This document shows, in pieces, positions 41,031 through 43,985 of a stretch of DNA of 43,985 bases (its first letter is position 1; every line of letters begins with the position of its first letter). The notes under the pieces were generated by a model. The model saw nothing but the letters and a program-made list of their open reading frames with translations. It was not told where the DNA came from and did no database searches. The stretch comes from Verrucomicrobiota bacterium (GTDB lineage: Bacteria; Verrucomicrobiota; Verrucomicrobiia; Limisphaerales; JADLHS01). The DNA is taken from NCBI GenBank assembly GCA_035327385.1, contig DAOLDN010000001.1, forward strand, positions 1 through 43,985. The letters are read 5' to 3'. Made by a program: the position numbers and the translations under genes.

Positions 41031-41348
41031 AAGCGTGAATTCGCGCCGGTTGTGATTGCGGCGACAACCTTAATGACATGCTTGCATCGCTGCAAATTCA
41101 TTATTTGTGCGACAGCTTCGTCCGGCGACTGACACCGCCTCCAGCAGCGCCTGCATGCCGGGGGAAATCGCTGAAACGTCGAATGTCTGTCTCCGCGCAA
41201 GCGTGCTGTGGACGGGGACTGTCCGCGCTCCGGCGGCAGTGCCCGATTTTGTCCACCGGGCGAATCCACCGGACACTGATCTGGAACTCTTGCCGCAAGT
41301 TGTGGTTTGAAATCCGCCCGGCGTCTGTGGCTAAATGCTCCCCGCGTT

Positions 41349-42230
41349 ATGCAAGACCTTATCGCAAAAGCCGCCACACTGCTGGAGGCGCTGCCCTACA
41401 TCCAGCGTTTCCGCACCCAGACGTTCGTCGTCAAGTATGGCGGATCGTTCATGGATTCGCCAGACCCCTCCATCCGCAACGGCGTGGCGCGCGACGTCGT
41501 GTTTCTTGAGGCTGTCGGAATCAATCCCATCGTGGTTCACGGCGGTGGCAAGGCCATCACTCGCGCCATGGAGGCCGCCGGATTGAAAGCTCAATTCATC
41601 CAAGGCCAGCGCGTCACGGACGAGGCGACCGCGCTGGTGGTGGACCGCGTGCTGTCGCGCGAGATCAATCCCGAAATCGTCAAGACCATCGAATCGTTGG
41701 GCGGCAAGGCGCGCGGGTTCAGCGGCGCGGACATCTTCAAGTGCCGGAAACTGCTGGTGGACGACAAGGAAAACCCCGGAAAGAAGATTGACGTCGGTTA
41801 CGTGGGCGAAGTCGTTGAGGTGAACACCGACCCGTTGCGCCAGTGCATCCGTCGCGGAGTGACGCCGGTCATCAGCCCGGTGGCGCTTGGCGAGGACGGA
41901 ATGATCTACAACTGCAACGCCGACGTTGGCGCCGCGCAAACGGCCATTGCCCTGAAAGCGAAACGTCTTGTGTTCATGAGCGACGTGCCGGGGTTGTTGT
42001 CCGATCCGAAGAATCCCGACTCGCTGATTCCACATCTCAAGACCGAAGCCGTGGCCGAATTGAAGGCGTTGGGCGTGATTGACAAGGGAATGATCCCCAA
42101 GGTGGACAGCGCCGTGGCCGCCATCAAGACCGGCGTGGAAAAAGTCTCCTTCGTGGACGGCCGCGTGCAACATTCCGTGCTGCTGGAGATTTTCACCGAT
42201 GAAGGTGTGGGCACGGAAGTGGTCTTGTGA
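41349..42230 (+). CDS. argB: acetylglutamate kinase
   Basis: Start trimmed to [21 protein letters not shown]. Matching stretches are VVKYGGS, VVHGGG and NCNADVGAAQTAIAL. Confidence 0.93.
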   Translation: MQDLIAKAATLLEALPYIQRFRTQTFVVKYGGSFMDSPDPSIRNGVARDVVFLEAVGINPIVVHGGGKAITRAMEAAGLKAQFIQGQRVTDEATALVVDRVLSREINPEIVKTIESLGGKARGFSGADIFKCRKLLVDDKENPGKKIDVGYVGEVVEVNTDPLRQCIRRGVTPVISPVALGEDGMIYNCNADVGAAQTAIALKAKRLVFMSDVPGLLSDPKNPDSLIPHLKTEAVAELKALGVIDKGMIPKVDSAVAAIKTGVEKVSFVDGRVQHSVLLEIFTDEGVGTEVVL

Positions 42231-42262
42231 TTTGGGATTTACGAATTACGATTTACGCGTAG
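42228..42262 (+). repeat. family C 8-mer arm (left type)
   Basis: TGATTTGGGATTTACGAATTACGATTTACGCG. The argB TGA is its first triplet. It shares the 19-mer GATTTACGAATTACGATTT with 42882-42907. Confidence 0.8.
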
Positions 42263-42296
42263 TGCGCGAACCGGGGACGAGCGCAGCCATCGCGCA

Positions 42297-42869
42297 ATGT
42301 CAGTCCGTGAACACGACGCATACATACTTCGCGAGAACACCGGAACATCCGGCGTGGTGGAATCCGCCCGAACCGCCGTCGAACTGCTGGCGGATCACGA
42401 CATTCCGCATCTGATTGTCGGCGGGCTTGCCGTCCAGGAACACGGCTATCCACGGGTGACCATGGACGTGAACATTGTTGTTCCGGACGTGATGGAGGCC
42501 GTGGAATGGTTGACAGCAAACCTGACCGGGCCGTTTTACCGTGTGGCCGATTTTCCTGACCGCGTCGAATACCGCCGCAATGGCGTGATGATTGACGTGC
42601 TGCCCGCCGGACGGGTTGTGAAAGACGGCTGCAAGGTTCCGTTTCCAACCCCGATCCGGGTCACGGAGCAGTTTCAGATCGTGACTCTGGAGGATTTGAT
42701 CTCTCTCAAACTGGACAGTTGGAGCAACAGCCCACACAAGCGGCTCCGGGACAAATCGGACGTTGTGGAACTGATCCAGCGCCGCAAATTGCCTCGCGAC
42801 CTGGCCGTCAATCCCGTCGTGCGCCCCCTCTACATCGAAACCTGGGACGCGTTGAACGCTGAGAAGTGA
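42297..42869 (+). CDS. hypothetical protein, possible minimal nucleotidyltransferase fold
   Basis: HLIVGGLAVQEHGYPRVTMDVNIVV resembles the GG..A...HG..R.T.D.D. motif of small NTases/AbiEii-like proteins, but reads D-V-N. The start is uncertain. Confidence 0.5.
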   Translation: MSVREHDAYILRENTGTSGVVESARTAVELLADHDIPHLIVGGLAVQEHGYPRVTMDVNIVVPDVMEAVEWLTANLTGPFYRVADFPDRVEYRRNGVMIDVLPAGRVVKDGCKVPFPTPIRVTEQFQIVTLEDLISLKLDSWSNSPHKRLRDKSDVVELIQRRKLPRDLAVNPVVRPLYIETWDALNAEK

Positions 42870-42958
42870 TTTGCGATTTGCGATTTACGATTTACGAATT
42901 ACGATTTGCCCGCGAATCCAAGTTGGACTTGTAAATCATAAATCGCATATCGTAAATC
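42868..42958 (+). repeat. family C palindrome (8-mer arms)
   Basis: Left arm GATTTGCGATTTGCGATTTACGATTTACGAATTACGATTTGCC. Spacer CGCGAATCCAAGTTGGACTT. Right arm GTAAATCATAAATCGCATATCGTAAATC. Confidence 0.8.
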
Positions 42959-42959
42959 C

Positions 42960-43985
42960 GTGAAGGAAATCGTTCCAGCGCCGCCGCCGATCATTCGCAA
43001 CCAGTTCGAGACCGTCCGCGAATTGTTTTCAAAAAACGTAGTGCCCAGCTATGGCCGCTTCGACATCGCGTTCAGCCACGGGCACGGCAGCGAGTTGTTC
43101 GATGTCAACGGCAAGCGTTACCTCGATCTCGGCGGCGGCATCGCCGTTTGCTCAATCGGCCACGCGCACCCGGCCATCACCGAGGCGCTGGTGGAACAAT
43201 CAAAGAAACTCGTTCACGTCTCAAATCTTTATTACACGGAGCAACAGGGCCGGCTGGCCCAGGCGCTGGTGAATCTCATTGCGCCGGGCAAGATGTTCTT
43301 CTGCAACAGCGGCGCGGAGGCCAACGAAGGTCTGTTCAAGCTCGCGCGAAAGTTCGGTCACGACGAAGGCCGTTTTGAGGTCATCACGACGATCAATTCC
43401 TTCCACGGCCGCACGCTTGCGGGCATTGCCGCCACCGGACAGGACAAGGTGAAGAAAGGTTTTGAACCGATGATGCCCGGCTTCCGGCACGTGCCTTACA
43501 ATGATTTGCAGGCGATGCGTGATGCCATTTCGCCCGCGACAGTGGCGATCATGGTCGAGGGCATCCAGGGCGAAGGCGGCGTCACTCCCGCGTCTCCCGA
43601 ATATCTGCTGGGACTGCGAGCACTGTGCGACGAAAGGAAATTGTTGTTGCTCATGGACGGTGTGCAGTGCGGACATTTTCGCACCGGAAGGTTCCAGAGC
43701 TTCCAGAGAATTCTTGAAGGTGTTTCCGGTGGCGAACATTTTGTTCCCGACGGCATCTCGATGGCCAAGTCGTTGGGCGGCGGTTTTCCGATGGGCGCGT
43801 TTTGGGTGCGGTCGCCATACGCGGATTTGCTCGGTGCCGGAACACACGGCACGACTTATGGCGGAACGCCGCTGGCGTGCGCCGTTGCTCTCAAGGTGCT
43901 GGAAGTCATCGAAAAGGAGAGACTCGCCGAGAACGCGCGCGCCGTTGGAGATCATCTCAAGAGCAGCCTGCTGGCATTGGCGGGG
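42960..43985 (+). CDS. argD: acetylornithine aminotransferase (3' end outside window)
   Basis: Not in the ORF track because it runs off the window. GTG 42960 follows an in-frame TAA at 42939. The frame is open for 342 codons. Matching stretches are VVPSYGRFDIAFSHGHGSELFDVNGKRYLDLGGGIAV, FFCNSGAEANEG and THGTTYGGTPLACAV. Confidence 0.9.
   Translation, partial: MKEIVPAPPPIIRNQFETVRELFSKNVVPSYGRFDIAFSHGHGSELFDVNGKRYLDLGGGIAVCSIGHAHPAITEALVEQSKKLVHVSNLYYTEQQGRLAQALVNLIAPGKMFFCNSGAEANEGLFKLARKFGHDEGRFEVITTINSFHGRTLAGIAATGQDKVKKGFEPMMPGFRHVPYNDLQAMRDAISPATVAIMVEGIQGEGGVTPASPEYLLGLRALCDERKLLLLMDGVQCGHFRTGRFQSFQRILEGVSGGEHFVPDGISMAKSLGGGFPMGAFWVRSPYADLLGAGTHGTTYGGTPLACAVALKVLEVIEKERLAENARAVGDHLKSSLLALAG

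Noticed and set aside
1-43985. An integrase, transposase or recombinase that could explain the many insertions.
   Set aside because: None of the translated ORFs shows tyrosine/serine recombinase or DDE/HUH transposase motifs. The only nuclease-fold candidates are YhcG and the GxxExxY protein.

Overview
43,985-bp window of a high-GC bacterial chromosome. DUF1080, TAT-signal Gfo/Idh/MocA genes and the repeat types suggest a PVC/Verrucomicrobiota-like soil organism, but that is a low-confidence inference. Nearly all genes are on the + strand. The backbone is housekeeping: mtnA; a complex I operon nuoB-C-D-E-F-G-H-I-J-K-L-M-N (5260-25939) with no nuoA; rplM-rpsI; and an argC-argJ-argB-argD cluster (29025 to the window end). 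The unusual part is how heavily both operons are interrupted. Ten of 12 nuo gene junctions and all 3 arg junctions carry co-oriented inserts, often welded to the flanking genes by ATGA/GTGA stop-start overlaps. The inserts include six two-gene toxin-antitoxin-like modules: PIN+small protein, RelE/ParE, UPF0175/DUF3368, DUF4160/DUF2442, MazF/PemK and ParDE. There is also a GxxExxY nuclease gene with perfect terminal inverted repeats, a minus-strand tRNA-Gln inside the nuo operon, and several families of palindromic short-repeat elements. The best candidate for a novel system is a low-GC four-gene cassette (19030-22791) pasted exactly into the nuoL|nuoM junction: a YhcG-type PD-(D/E)XK nuclease, a 2-TM protein, a coiled-coil lipoprotein and a protein with an HEPN-like Rx4H motif. 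Four ~130-nt heptamer palindromes between nuo genes each carry a 44-47 codon ORF that starts at the upstream stop and ends on the downstream start. Diverged relics of gene ends (an argB 5' end and possibly a nuoG 3' end) lie beside inserted cargo. No integrase, transposase, rRNA or CRISPR array was seen. All domain calls come from reading the translations by eye and need database confirmation.
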